Assembly (NCBI GenBank): GCA_049304035.1
Contig: JBAQNR010000007.1
Span: 4,548-68,547 of the forward strand
Source: Microgenomates group bacterium
GTDB taxonomy: Bacteria; Patescibacteriota; Microgenomatia; UBA1406; GWC2-37-13
Length of the DNA: 64,000 nucleotides
Direction of reading: 5' to 3'
The notes below the pieces were generated by a model, which made no database searches, was not told the origin of the DNA, and was given only the letters and a program-made list of their open reading frames with translations. Below are positions 8,063-16,727 of this stretch, in pieces (positions within the stretch are counted from its first letter, which is position 1; each line of letters begins with the position of its first letter). Made by a program: the position numbers and the translations under genes.

Positions 8063-9030
8063 TTTCTTTTTTCCTCCACCATATTATTATAATCCACGAG
8101 ACAATCTAAACAATTTTGTTTGCAAATTGGGTCGAGATGGGTATCGTGATTTTCACTCCAAATTTTTCTTTGTTCCAACATATTTTCATCAACTCTACCA
8201 ATTGGTTCGCCGCCCTCTCTCATGTGAATAACGCAAGGAAAATGCCAACTTCCGGCGACAACCGAATCATCTACAACCAAGTGACATTTTCTTGTATCAT
8301 TATCAGAAATTCCCCTAACATTTTTTCCAGATAGAAGATTTTTAACTCGATATTTCAAAATCGGATGTGCTTCTAAAATATAATCTGGAATTAATTCCAA
8401 CTTTGATAATGCACCATTGTATTGTGCCGCAGTAATAATCCGAATATCCGAAACTCCCAAATCGTGTGCGAATTTTACCACATCAACAACGGTTGATTGT
8501 GTTTCGTCCGTTAAAACAATTCCAACTGTTACATATGTTTCTTTTGAAAGCCATTCGATATTTGACGCAACTCTTTCAAAAATTCCTTTTCTACCACCGG
8601 ACATTTTTTCCGCATCTTCGGCACAACAGGCATCCAAACTAATTGAAAAATCATTTACGCCAGCGTCCAAAAGATTTCGGTACATTTTTTCTGGCATAGA
8701 ACCATTTGAGGAAATCGCAATTCTTTTTATTCCACCTTCTTTTGCAATTTTCACAAACTCAACAACATTTGGGTGCATTGTTGGCTCACCACCAGAGAAA
8801 CGAATGTTTTTCAATCCGCTTGAAATCCAACTATTCAAAACAGATTTCACAATATCTGGATGTAAATGTCCAGAACAATCCCTGCTGTATGCTTTTACTC
8901 CACGACAATATGGACATTTATAGTTGCACATTTCCGTAATAATAATTTCGCAACGTTCCATATTGAAGTGTTCTTTTATTGCTCTTTCGTCTGTCAATGT
9001 ATAAAATCCAATGTTAGATACCGAAGACAT
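8059..9030 (-). CDS. radical SAM enzyme (MoaA/viperin-like core, Cys-rich C-terminus), substrate unknown
   Basis: CNYKCPYC (CxxxCxxC), FSGGEPT, ISSNGS motifs; C-terminal CKQNCLDC; trimmed to ATG 9030 with AAAGGAG SD. Confidence 0.8.
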   Translation of the reverse strand: MSSVSNIGFYTLTDERAIKEHFNMERCEIIITEMCNYKCPYCRGVKAYSRDCSGHLHPDIVKSVLNSWISSGLKNIRFSGGEPTMHPNVVEFVKIAKEGGIKRIAISSNGSMPEKMYRNLLDAGVNDFSISLDACCAEDAEKMSGGRKGIFERVASNIEWLSKETYVTVGIVLTDETQSTVVDVVKFAHDLGVSDIRIITAAQYNGALSKLELIPDYILEAHPILKYRVKNLLSGKNVRGISDNDTRKCHLVVDDSVVAGSWHFPCVIHMREGGEPIGRVDENMLEQRKIWSENHDTHLDPICKQNCLDCLVDYNNMVEEKRK

Positions 9031-9292
9031 TTTCAAACTCCTTTTTTCTGAAATGTGTCCAACAAAACTCATTATCAATTATACACATTACTGCTACTTC
9101 GTTATTTTTTGGTCTACAAAACAATCTTCCTCCTTCACAATATCCAATGGCATATTTTCGTAAAACATTTGAATTTCTGATTATTTCAACTTCCCTACAT
9201 GCAACCCCTATTTCCCTCCATATTTTCAATCCCTGTCTCCACCTAGACCAATCGAAACTATCTGGTGGTATTTTCGGTATATAGTATTTCAT
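9014..9292 (-). CDS. hypothetical protein (92 aa)
   Basis: track ORF trimmed to ATG 9292 with CAGGAGAA SD; overlaps radical SAM start. Confidence 0.55.
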   Translation of the reverse strand: MKYYIPKIPPDSFDWSRWRQGLKIWREIGVACREVEIIRNSNVLRKYAIGYCEGGRLFCRPKNNEVAVMCIIDNEFCWTHFRKKEFENVFGI

Positions 9293-9310
9293 TGAATTCT
9301 CCTGTTTCAT

Positions 9311-9365
9311 TTATAATTCCATGATTGCACATAAAAATTCTCTTATGTGCAAATAGGACTATAAA
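9311..9365 (-). promoter_or_regulatory. PeSL-like class II stem-loop plus TGn -10-like box
   Basis: 10-bp perfect arms 9325-9334/9343-9352; on the minus strand followed by TCATGGAATTATAAA. Confidence 0.55.
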
Positions 9366-9656
9366 CTATTCTGGATGAAAGTCCGACATTGACATATCCA
9401 GAGTAAATCTTCCATCATATTCCATATTTAAAAATTTAGACACATTTTCTGGAAAATCATCGGTATGTAAGTTCACATGTTTTTTATTTTCTTCTTTATA
9501 ATATATCGCACCCCACCCTCCTCCCACTTGCATGTGAATTTTATTTTTTTGAAAATATGGTTTTACATATTCCTCAAAAACATCGTTGGCAATATCTTCA
9601 ATTTTCTGAAGATAATTATCTCTTGCGTTTTCTATTTCCAATTCTATGTCTCTCAT
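9366..9656 (-). CDS. hypothetical protein (96 aa)
   Basis: track ORF; GAGGAAAA SD. Confidence 0.6.
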   Translation of the reverse strand: MRDIELEIENARDNYLQKIEDIANDVFEEYVKPYFQKNKIHMQVGGGWGAIYYKEENKKHVNLHTDDFPENVSKFLNMEYDGRFTLDMSMSDFHPE

Positions 9657-9664
9657 TTTTCCTC

Positions 9665-10198
9665 TTAATAATCCTGATACAAATCACGAAGTTTTTCCAA
9701 CCCCCCACTTCCAACGACTCGAAGTAGTTTCAATCCAATTTCACGACACTCATTAAAGATTTTTTCTGCTTTCCTAGAATCTTCCTCATATCCATAATTT
9801 CCACACCAATCTTCAAAATCGCATTCAACTGCATCTGAATCCAATGTCAGAGAATACATAACATCTACAATATCGGGTAGAATTGGTTTCTTTTTATTCG
9901 GAAGAAAATATCCACTTGAGAAAGTCCCCTTAGATTCGAATCCACTCTCACATTCTTGTAAAACCGCCTGTCTTTCATCATAAGATTGTTTGAACGCTCT
10001 TTTATACGAGGGGCAATGACCAGAACCCATTCCGTAATCCGTAGTCAAAAATTCTTTTCCGCGAATTAAAAGTGTTACCTTATAATTCAATGATGGATAC
10101 TTTTCTCCAGCATTTCGAGATAAACTCCATGGAACAAATTTTGTTGTCATGGACAATCCCATTTCGTCCAAAACGTTCCTAATCTCATCTTTTTCCAT
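9665..10198 (-). CDS. hypothetical protein (177 aa)
   Basis: track ORF; AGGAGAATAA SD. Confidence 0.65.
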   Translation of the reverse strand: MEKDEIRNVLDEMGLSMTTKFVPWSLSRNAGEKYPSLNYKVTLLIRGKEFLTTDYGMGSGHCPSYKRAFKQSYDERQAVLQECESGFESKGTFSSGYFLPNKKKPILPDIVDVMYSLTLDSDAVECDFEDWCGNYGYEEDSRKAEKIFNECREIGLKLLRVVGSGGLEKLRDLYQDY

Positions 10199-10208
10199 TT
10201 TTATTCTC

Positions 10209-10583
10209 CTATATTGTTTTTCCAGATTCCAATATTTCCCTAGTTTTTGCGGTTATCGGTGTTAATTCTATGTTTAAATAATCTCCACAAATTCTTTTTA
10301 CATCGCCCGGGGTTATTGTGTGAACTTCTGTTTCAAATTCATAGCAAGGATTCCCATGCTTATCGTCATAAATTCTTACGGAAACAGGAGTGTGTTTTGT
10401 AGAAATTGCATCGGCAAGGAGTGTTAGTATTCCAATCATTTCCAATTTTGAACTGCAAATAACTCGAAATTCACTTCCTTGCCACATCAACCACTGAAAA
10501 CAAACAGTGTGTGATTTGTGGTCGGGTGAATAATTACTATAAACCCATGTAAAATGTTTTCCATATGGACTTTTATATAACAT
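10209..10583 (-). CDS. hypothetical protein (124 aa)
   Basis: track ORF; AAGGAGAAAAC SD. Confidence 0.65.
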   Translation of the reverse strand: MLYKSPYGKHFTWVYSNYSPDHKSHTVCFQWLMWQGSEFRVICSSKLEMIGILTLLADAISTKHTPVSVRIYDDKHGNPCYEFETEVHTITPGDVKRICGDYLNIELTPITAKTREILESGKTI

Positions 10584-10594
10584 TGTTTTCTCCT

Positions 10595-10786
10595 TTAAAA
10601 CTCAGTTATTCTTGTAATAATTTCTATTTTGCCACCGTCATAAATTTCTAGGTCATAAATATACCAAATGCTTTTGCGATAGTATTTAGATTTACAAAAT
10701 ATTTTTATCGCATCAAAATATCCTTCGGCAATAATCGGAAATCTAACATTTTCAACATCCAGTTCTTTTATAATATAAGTATTCAT
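10595..10786 (-). CDS. hypothetical protein (63 aa)
   Basis: track ORF; AAAGGATAA SD. Confidence 0.55.
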   Translation of the reverse strand: MNTYIIKELDVENVRFPIIAEGYFDAIKIFCKSKYYRKSIWYIYDLEIYDGGKIEIITRITEF

Positions 10787-10798
10787 AAAATTATCCTT

Positions 10799-10972
10799 TT
10801 ATTCAGGTTTTTCTTCTGCCAATTGTATCGTTTCAATCATTGAAACACACACTTCTTCTAAATTTTCACATGGCTTTTTATCATTGAAATCTAGTTTTCC
10901 ATCTTCCCATATTTCAAAATATAAAAAATATCCCACTTCTTTTATTACAACTTCAAATTTACAGGATTTCAT
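10799..10972 (-). CDS. hypothetical protein (57 aa)
   Basis: track ORF trimmed to ATG 10972 with AAGGAGAAAA SD. Confidence 0.55.
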   Translation of the reverse strand: MKSCKFEVVIKEVGYFLYFEIWEDGKLDFNDKKPCENLEEVCVSMIETIQLAEEKPE

Positions 10973-11195
10973 TTTTCTCCTTGTCATCAAATTTCATCAA
11001 GTTTGTTCCTAATTTCTGCATTTCAATTCCTCTGTGCCAAATTTCCCAAGGAGACAGTATTCCATAGCTTTTGTGTGTGGTTTTTCCATTTTTATCCATA
11101 CTCCAGATAATTAATTCTCCGTTTGACATAATAAATATCTCGTGGATATTATCCTCAGAATCTCTTACGTCTATTCTCACATCATCTCCGCTCAT
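10959..11195 (-). CDS. hypothetical protein (78 aa)
   Basis: track ORF; GAGGAGAAGAA SD. Confidence 0.6.
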   Translation of the reverse strand: MSGDDVRIDVRDSEDNIHEIFIMSNGELIIWSMDKNGKTTHKSYGILSPWEIWHRGIEMQKLGTNLMKFDDKEKNEIL

Positions 11196-11209
11196 TTTAT
11201 TCTTCTCCT

Positions 11210-11434
11210 CTATTCATAATCTGAACCGCGAATTCCATAAATATCCAGACCTAATCCCTCGGAATTCTCTCGATTAATATCAATTTGAAGAGTGTTGAAA
11301 ATAGTTGCAACCCTCATCAAATCTTGATAATTGAAATAATTATCGAATGTTTTGACATACACGGCATTTTTTACCACGCAATAATCTCTAATCTTGAATA
11401 TTCCACCAAGCAATTTTGCAATATTGTTTTCCAT
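11210..11434 (-). CDS. hypothetical protein (74 aa)
   Basis: track ORF trimmed to ATG 11434 with AGGAGAAACC SD. Confidence 0.55.
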   Translation of the reverse strand: MENNIAKLLGGIFKIRDYCVVKNAVYVKTFDNYFNYQDLMRVATIFNTLQIDINRENSEGLGLDIYGIRGSDYE

Positions 11435-11442
11435 GGTTTCTC

Positions 11443-11631
11443 CTATTCCTTTAACCATTTTCCAGAAATCAATTCTTCAAATTTTTCTTCGCACCGCAAA
11501 TGCAAGCGATATGCCCTTGGAAAATTAATAAATTTTTGCAACCAATTTCCCTCATATAAAAGTTTGTGAACCTCCAATTGCATATTCTCCAATTCCTTGA
11601 ATTTTTTGTCGATTTCCTCTGCGTCCGTCAT
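11443..11631 (-). CDS. hypothetical protein (62 aa)
   Basis: track ORF; AAAGGAGAAAA SD. Confidence 0.6.
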   Translation of the reverse strand: MTDAEEIDKKFKELENMQLEVHKLLYEGNWLQKFINFPRAYRLHLRCEEKFEELISGKWLKE

Positions 11632-11652
11632 ATTTTCTCCTTTTGTTTAATT

Positions 11653-11717
11653 ATATAATAATCTTACCATAAAAGCCAATAACCGTCAAGTTATTGGCTC
11701 ATAAGCAGATTATACTA
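11653..11717 (-). promoter_or_regulatory. PeSL-like class I: stem-loop with -35 in loop plus extended -10 promoter
   Basis: minus strand TTGACG (11689-11684), 17 nt, TGgTAAGAT (-10 at 11666-11661); 10-bp arms 11674-11683/11690-11699, followed by TTTTA on the minus strand. Confidence 0.7.
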
Positions 11718-11741
11718 TTGATAAAAGATGTATTTTATACA
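11718..11741. repeat. AT-palindrome family copy
   Basis: ttgataaaagatgtattttataca; holds stop of 11735-12058. Confidence 0.6.
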
Positions 11742-12058
11742 GATATTCTAATTTTTGCATCTGGATTTTCTTTGCAGGCTTTCAAATATGCCTCAACAAA
11801 AATTACCAATCCGTCATAATCCCCCCACCCGTTTGATGGATTGAAAGATTTAAAAAATGTTTCAGCAGATTTTAGTTTCATTAATCCCGATTCGAGAAAA
11901 GGAATCAATTCTCCTGCTGTTTCAATACCCAAGTTTTCTGGGTGCCAACATGGGTCATATAAATCCGCGTGGCTTGCCATCTCATTTAAATTGTGGGTAA
12001 TGTTCCACTCAAAAACTTCCTTAGGTCTGTTTGCAATTAAACTTACATCTAGTGACAT
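11735..12058 (-). CDS. hypothetical protein (107 aa)
   Basis: track ORF; AAGGAGATAAA SD. Confidence 0.65.
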   Translation of the reverse strand: MSLDVSLIANRPKEVFEWNITHNLNEMASHADLYDPCWHPENLGIETAGELIPFLESGLMKLKSAETFFKSFNPSNGWGDYDGLVIFVEAYLKACKENPDAKIRISV

Positions 12059-12068
12059 TTTTATCTCC

Positions 12069-12092
12069 TTGATAAAATAAGTGTTTTATTTA
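12069..12092. repeat. AT-palindrome family copy
   Basis: ttgataaaataagtgttttattta. Confidence 0.6.
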
Positions 12093-12277
12093 CATTTACA
12101 ACCGTAATTTTCCAGTTGATAAGCATTACAAGAACATTTCTTTTTATTTTTTCTTTCATATTTATCAATTTTTTCTTGCGCCTTTCGAATCATTTCAAAA
12201 CACAATAAAATTGCAATTTGACAGTCTAAGTCCGTATCATCGAACCACTTAATTGAAGGTGCAGTTTTTATAGCCAT
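12086..12277 (-). CDS. hypothetical Cys-rich protein (63 aa)
   Basis: track ORF; AAAGGAGTA SD. Confidence 0.55.
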   Translation of the reverse strand: MAIKTAPSIKWFDDTDLDCQIAILLCFEMIRKAQEKIDKYERKNKKKCSCNAYQLENYGCKCK

Positions 12278-12513
12278 AAAATACTCCTTTTATTCAGGTA
12301 AATCAACTAAGCTCAAAGAATATATTTGTACCGCGTGGACTTTTTTGTAATCCTGTCCATCAAAAGATTCCTTAAATGTTCTTAAGGCTTACAGCGCACT
12401 TTCTCCGTTCCAAATCGTCTCATAATTGAAACTTTCTTCAAAATAACTAATCACCCATTTATTTTTCATTCTCTCAATCATATTATCTCCTTGTGGATAG
12501 ATTCCACATTTTA

Positions 12514-12825
12514 TTAATAACACAACCCAAAATTCATTTGAACGAATTCTTCCAACTCTTTTCTTGTTGGATTGTCGATTGCCAATGCGGCATGAAACCA
12601 TCCCTTGAATTCAAAATGACGAGGAATAAGGTTTTTATCGCCAATTCTTCCACAACCAAGAATGTCTTCAAAAACACCCGCCTTAAGCTCTGCGTTTTCT
12701 TTCCAGATGAAGATACATTCTCCATAATATTGTTTTCCATGATAATGTGGAGCAGAAACAAATCCAATCCTGTTTTCTTTTGGAATATCGCATAATTCTC
12801 GAAGCGTTTCTTCTGATATGTTCAT
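12514..12825 (-). CDS. hypothetical protein (103 aa)
   Basis: track ORF; AGAGGAG SD. Confidence 0.6.
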   Translation of the reverse strand: MNISEETLRELCDIPKENRIGFVSAPHYHGKQYYGECIFIWKENAELKAGVFEDILGCGRIGDKNLIPRHFEFKGWFHAALAIDNPTRKELEEFVQMNFGLCY

Positions 12826-12837
12826 AAAACTCCTCTT

Positions 12838-13041
12838 TTATTCATATTCGACTGTTACTTTTTTGCCATAAATATACTTTTTCAAGTCCTCTTGAGTTTC
12901 GTTCTCCGTGAGAGAGGCCGTCTCGGGAATACTTTCCCACGCTTTCCAAAACCAAAGAAAACGTTCTCTTTCTTCTGCCACAAAATGCCACAACATAAGA
13001 ATTCGATTGAATTTTTGTACAATTCTATATTCTTTTTTCAT
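12838..13041 (-). CDS. hypothetical protein (67 aa)
   Basis: track ORF; ACGGAGG SD. Confidence 0.6.
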   Translation of the reverse strand: MKKEYRIVQKFNRILMLWHFVAEERERFLWFWKAWESIPETASLTENETQEDLKKYIYGKKVTVEYE

Positions 13042-13184
13042 GATAAAACCTCCGTTTTATCAACATATTGAAAATAAAACCACTCCATAAAATCCGGAAA
13101 ATCTGTTTCAGTATATTTGATATTATTTCGCCTACAATATTCGCCAGCAATTTCGTGCAATAGTTCGTAAATTTTCCTGTACAT
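13038..13184 (-). CDS. small hypothetical protein (48 aa)
   Basis: track ORF trimmed to ATG 13184 with AAAGGAGAAAA SD; the longer track version reads through the regulatory hairpin. Confidence 0.45.
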   Translation of the reverse strand: MYRKIYELLHEIAGEYCRRNNIKYTETDFPDFMEWFYFQYVDKTEVLS

Positions 13185-13198
13185 ATTTTCTCCTTTAT

Positions 13199-13260
13199 AT
13201 ATAATATGGCTCATGACTATCCACGAAAGAAATTTCGTGAATAGATAGAGAATATTATAA
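13199..13260 (-). promoter_or_regulatory. PeSL-like class II stem-loop with TCATG flank
   Basis: 12-bp arms 13217-13228/13233-13244 (one G.U on minus RNA); upstream TATAAT-ATTCTCTAT flank on the minus strand. Confidence 0.5.
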
Positions 13261-13905
13261 TTCCATCTTAATTTGGCAACCACACGAACCGAATCTGTCG
13301 TCATATTCATAGTCACGCCAAGAATCATCGTGTTCTTCATTGTATTTTTTACAGGTTTTACAAATCTTCAAATGAATTACTCGGTCATATAATGCAGTAA
13401 AATCTTTTTCTTGCGGAATAGATTCCATTAAATTTGTATCTTGGCAAAACCAATAGTTCATCTGGTCGAATTGTTCATCGGTTAAATCTTCCTCAATATC
13501 GAAATCTCGTCCCGCCAAGTATCTTAATTCATAATCCACCGACTTATATTGTGCCTCAGATTCTCTTTGTGAAAAATCATTATCATCATAAACGGGATAA
13601 TTATCGTGCAGTTGATGATAAATTTCGTCACAAATTTTAAGATTTTCATAATCTGATTCGTGAATATAAATCGTATCTACCCACCCCACCGCCCAGTGGG
13701 AGGCGCGTTCAACTAAAATTCCTTTTTTATTATCCCAATCAAATCCTTCTGGATAATCACGTAAAAAAGATTCCCAATTGGATTCCTCGAGAATATCAGA
13801 ATCTCGAGTTATTGACATAAAAACATAAAATTCCTCAAAAGTATCCCCAAGATAACTATCGGGATATTTCCACTTGTGCATATATTGTGGCTCATATTTT
13901 TCCAT
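13255..13905 (-). CDS. hypothetical protein (216 aa), C-terminal Cys cluster
   Basis: track ORF; AAGGAGAATTAG SD. Confidence 0.65.
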   Translation of the reverse strand: MEKYEPQYMHKWKYPDSYLGDTFEEFYVFMSITRDSDILEESNWESFLRDYPEGFDWDNKKGILVERASHWAVGWVDTIYIHESDYENLKICDEIYHQLHDNYPVYDDNDFSQRESEAQYKSVDYELRYLAGRDFDIEEDLTDEQFDQMNYWFCQDTNLMESIPQEKDFTALYDRVIHLKICKTCKKYNEEHDDSWRDYEYDDRFGSCGCQIKMEL

Positions 13906-13906
13906 T

Positions 13907-14131
13907 CTAATTCTCCTTTATAAAAGAAATTGGGGTGTCTAATTCTTTTTTCAAAGAACGTGCAAATTCTAAATGTGTATTCTTATAAATCAATCCAAAA
14001 CTCGCGTGATTTTTATTTGCAAACCATAATTCATGAAATCCCCATTGATTTTCTAAAACGTGTCCACCATAATAAGACGAGTAATAACAATATGTGTATC
14101 CTTCTTCCTTAAATGTTTTCTTATTGCCCAT
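13907..14131 (-). CDS. hypothetical protein (74 aa)
   Basis: track ORF; AAGGAGAAAAC SD. Confidence 0.6.
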   Translation of the reverse strand: MGNKKTFKEEGYTYCYYSSYYGGHVLENQWGFHELWFANKNHASFGLIYKNTHLEFARSLKKELDTPISFIKEN

Positions 14132-14146
14132 TGTTTTCTCCTTGTG

Positions 14147-14169
14147 TGAATAAAAACCTCATTTTATCA
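14147..14169. repeat. AT-palindrome family copy
   Basis: tgaataaaaacctcattttatca. Confidence 0.6.
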
Positions 14170-14184
14170 ATTGTAGAATACAAC

Positions 14185-14221
14185 TGAAAACAGTAGACAT
14201 TTATTCCCCAAATATCTACTG
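14185..14221 (-). terminator. rho-independent terminator (minus strand)
   Basis: 12-bp stem 14191-14202/14210-14221 (one G.U on minus RNA), followed by UUUUC on the minus strand; downstream of 14235-14588. Confidence 0.65.
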
Positions 14222-14234
14222 ATGTTCAATTATT

Positions 14235-14588
14235 CTATATACAACCGCCGCACGAATTGCTTCGCCAATCCTTCTCGTTAATAAGATTATATAAATTTTC
14301 TAAATCTTCCATCGTAATTTGCTCAAGAACCCCAGAATCTTTGAACATTTTATAAATCCACCCGTAGTTTTTTCCAATCCAATCTTCAAAATCTAATCCA
14401 TCATAATAATTATCAAAAACCTCCATCCAATCTTCAAAATGCCAAGATTGATAATCTCTTGCGGTATTCATATTTTCCCCAATTACTTCATCTGGAATTT
14501 TCAACTGATTTCCATTCATAGAAATTATCCACTCCCCCATACACAAACAGGGGTATCTTCCAGTCCATTCTACTTCAAATTTATTCAT
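14235..14588 (-). CDS. hypothetical protein (117 aa)
   Basis: track ORF; AAGGAGAATT SD. Confidence 0.65.
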   Translation of the reverse strand: MNKFEVEWTGRYPCLCMGEWIISMNGNQLKIPDEVIGENMNTARDYQSWHFEDWMEVFDNYYDGLDFEDWIGKNYGWIYKMFKDSGVLEQITMEDLENLYNLINEKDWRSNSCGGCI

Positions 14589-14599
14589 AATTCTCCTTA

Positions 14600-14815
14600 T
14601 TATTTGTGTAATTCAATTCCCAAAGCGAGAGGCCACAAAATATAGACTAAAATAATACTTACAATTTTTTGGAACCAACCAAGCGTTGAAAACGTTGCTC
14701 CAAATCCACCACAAAAACCAAGGGTAAACAAAAATCCCGCCGTCCACAATGCGGCAACAACGCCCTTGATTGCTGAAACAATTTCTTGTGTCTTTTTATT
14801 CATCAATTCTTTCAT
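14600..14815 (-). CDS. small membrane protein (71 aa)
   Basis: two hydrophobic segments; AAAGGAGAATC SD. Confidence 0.6.
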   Translation of the reverse strand: MKELMNKKTQEIVSAIKGVVAALWTAGFLFTLGFCGGFGATFSTLGWFQKIVSIILVYILWPLALGIELHK

Positions 14816-14832
14816 GATTCTCCTTTATAGTA

Positions 14833-14856
14833 TTGATAAAACTGGTATTTTATTCA
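14833..14856. repeat. AT-palindrome family copy
   Basis: ttgataaaactggtattttattca. Confidence 0.6.
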
Positions 14857-15017
14857 TGTATCAACCAAATTACTTCTAAAACACGATGAAATATCCCAAT
14901 CTGGAAAATAAAAAACCAAACGCCTTTTAACCCTAGCCAGTTTTCATCTTTTCCAAAATGAAAATGGATAAACTTATCCATAGGTCTAAAAGAAACACTG
15001 TAGTTTTTCCCTTTCAT
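14850..15017 (-). CDS. small hypothetical protein (55 aa)
   Basis: ATG 15017 with AGGAGATAG SD; below track cutoff. Confidence 0.45.
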   Translation of the reverse strand: MKGKNYSVSFRPMDKFIHFHFGKDENWLGLKGVWFFIFQIGIFHRVLEVIWLIHE

Positions 15018-15046
15018 TTTACTATCTCCTAGATAAATTCTCTATT

Positions 15047-15283
15047 TTATCCATTAAACGGGATTTCTACTCCCAAAACCTCGGTACCGTTTTCTTTAGT
15101 CCATTTTGCTACAACCAAAAACGCCGGTTTAGTTTTCCAAGAAAAACAATGTTCACGAATTTCCTCCACCTCCGAAATACCGAAAACATAAGGCTCTTCA
15201 CCCTCACTTTTTTCATGATTATACCAGAATTTCTCTCTTGTTAAATTATTTCCTCTTGCGTCTTTTACAATGTATCCGTACAT
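15047..15283 (-). CDS. hypothetical protein (78 aa)
   Basis: track ORF; GGAGGATAAAA SD. Confidence 0.6.
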   Translation of the reverse strand: MYGYIVKDARGNNLTREKFWYNHEKSEGEEPYVFGISEVEEIREHCFSWKTKPAFLVVAKWTKENGTEVLGVEIPFNG

Positions 15284-15315
15284 ATTTTTATCCTCCAGAT
15301 AAAATGATGATTTTA

Positions 15316-15588
15316 TTAATTCTTATAAAACGGATGTAAAAGATTGATAGACCTTTCAGAGAGTTTGTAACTATTTTCTTCAACTCCTTTTATCAAAAAG
15401 CCTTCCTGAACCAAATCATCGTGCCAAAACTTCATTTTTATAAATTCAAACTCTTCAGGATTTTTCTCAATAGAATCTTTCAAAAGAAAAACAAGAATAT
15501 TTTCTTTCTCGCTAGCCTGTCGAGTTTTTCCTTCTAACATCCCATAGGGATGTTGTGTTGGAATATTGAAATTTTTTGGTTTTAACAT
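15316..15588 (-). CDS. hypothetical protein (90 aa), possible winged-helix
   Basis: track ORF (TTG) trimmed to ATG 15588 with AAAGGAGAAAA SD; wHTH guess based only on the LVQEGFLIKG...YKLSERS pattern. Confidence 0.55.
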   Translation of the reverse strand: MLKPKNFNIPTQHPYGMLEGKTRQASEKENILVFLLKDSIEKNPEEFEFIKMKFWHDDLVQEGFLIKGVEENSYKLSERSINLLHPFYKN

Positions 15589-15630
15589 TTTTTCTCCTTT
15601 TTCTGCATAAAATTGTTGTTTTATCAATAG

Positions 15631-15654
15631 TGAATAAAATCCCCCTTTTATTCA
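15631..15654. repeat. AT-palindrome family copy with GGGGG loop
   Basis: tgaataaaatcccccttttattca; a second weaker copy lies at 15605-15626. Confidence 0.6.
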
Positions 15655-15656
15655 GA

Positions 15657-15920
15657 CTAAAGCGTATCTACAAATTCAAAAGCCTTAACTTTTTCATTGC
15701 TTCTTACCCTAAAAATTTCACTGTCTTTTCCGTTTTCCCAAATTGATATGATATAAATGTCTTTTCCTCCCCAATAATTTCCTGGAAAATAATCCTCATC
15801 CTCTAAAACCTCTTGGATTTTCTTTGCGACCAATTTAGAATCTTCGGTGATAAGAATTGTGTCACGCGAATAATCCTCATATTCTTGCTGATTATCTTTT
15901 TCAACTTGATATATTTTCAT
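15657..15920 (-). CDS. hypothetical protein (87 aa)
   Basis: track ORF; AAGGAGAAAAA SD. Confidence 0.6.
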   Translation of the reverse strand: MKIYQVEKDNQQEYEDYSRDTILITEDSKLVAKKIQEVLEDEDYFPGNYWGGKDIYIISIWENGKDSEIFRVRSNEKVKAFEFVDTL

Positions 15921-15929
15921 TTTTTCTCC

Positions 15930-16370
15930 TTATTCACAAAGTTTTTCGTAAACTAAATCCATAATGTCCTGATATTCGTACCATTCTTTTACACAATCAG
16001 GTTTTGAATATACCGTTGTACATTTTCCATTTTCTTTTGGAACAACTCCTTTTCCGCCTTTTGGACGTTTTTCAAATGATAATGGGCATCCCTTTCCGTC
16101 TACAAATAAAACGCAGGCTTTTCCTCCCCAACTTGCATCAATTATTCCAGAATTAACATTTCTCATTCTAAGGAAAAAAACCCTATTCCTATCTTTTCCA
16201 AAAATATCCCCTTCCCACCAATCAATAGAAACATTTCCAGAATCTAAAACATTCATTATACTTTCAACAGAAATTTTTCCAATATCTTCGGGCGAAAAAT
16301 GACATCCCATTCCCCTACAACATTCACCATTGCACTTGCTGCAAATAGTTTTATTCTCGTTATTTTTCAT
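15930..16370 (-). CDS. YkgJ-like CxxCxxCC cysteine-cluster protein
   Basis: CSKCNGECCRGMGCHF near N-terminus matches the CxxCxxCC zinc/iron-chelating family; trimmed to ATG 16370 (GAGGTG SD). Confidence 0.55.
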   Translation of the reverse strand: MKNNENKTICSKCNGECCRGMGCHFSPEDIGKISVESIMNVLDSGNVSIDWWEGDIFGKDRNRVFFLRMRNVNSGIIDASWGGKACVLFVDGKGCPLSFEKRPKGGKGVVPKENGKCTTVYSKPDCVKEWYEYQDIMDLVYEKLCE

Positions 16371-16374
16371 GATT

Positions 16375-16644
16375 TTACCACACCTCAATTTCTATTTCAT
16401 AACTGCTACCAAAATCGCAGGTTTCACATCCTCCCTGACAATATCCATTTTCCCAATCAATATTCTTTGTGTCAAAGAAAATAGAAAGTTCTTCCAATTG
16501 AGAAAACGTGCATGAAACATATTCGTACATTTGTTCAATCTTAATCACAACTTTTCCTGATTCGGATTTCAAAATCTCTATGTTCATATCTCCCCAAATT
16601 TTCACTACTTTTTCTTTGATTTCTTTTTCTGTGTGTTCTATCAT
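16375..16644 (-). CDS. hypothetical protein (89 aa)
   Basis: track ORF trimmed to ATG 16644 with AAAGGAGAAAA SD. Confidence 0.6.
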   Translation of the reverse strand: MIEHTEKEIKEKVVKIWGDMNIEILKSESGKVVIKIEQMYEYVSCTFSQLEELSIFFDTKNIDWENGYCQGGCETCDFGSSYEIEIEVW

Positions 16645-16655
16645 TTTTTCTCCTT

Positions 16656-16727
16656 TGATATAATTTTGACTTATATTTATACTCAAAACAACTTTGAGTA
16701 TAAATATAAATCCCCCTTCTTTAACTT
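16656..16727 (-). promoter_or_regulatory. class III element: GGGGGAT plus 16-bp AT-rich stem-loop plus AGTCAAAAT
   Basis: perfect arms 16672-16687/16693-16708; atccccc at 16710-16716; same flanks as the 22355 copy. Confidence 0.55.

Noticed and set aside
12389-12601. 70-aa ORF 12389-12601 (or a 30-aa version from ATG 12481)
   Set aside because: The long form overlaps the 12514-12825 gene. The short form has an SD but is only 30 aa, so I left it uncalled for lack of support.
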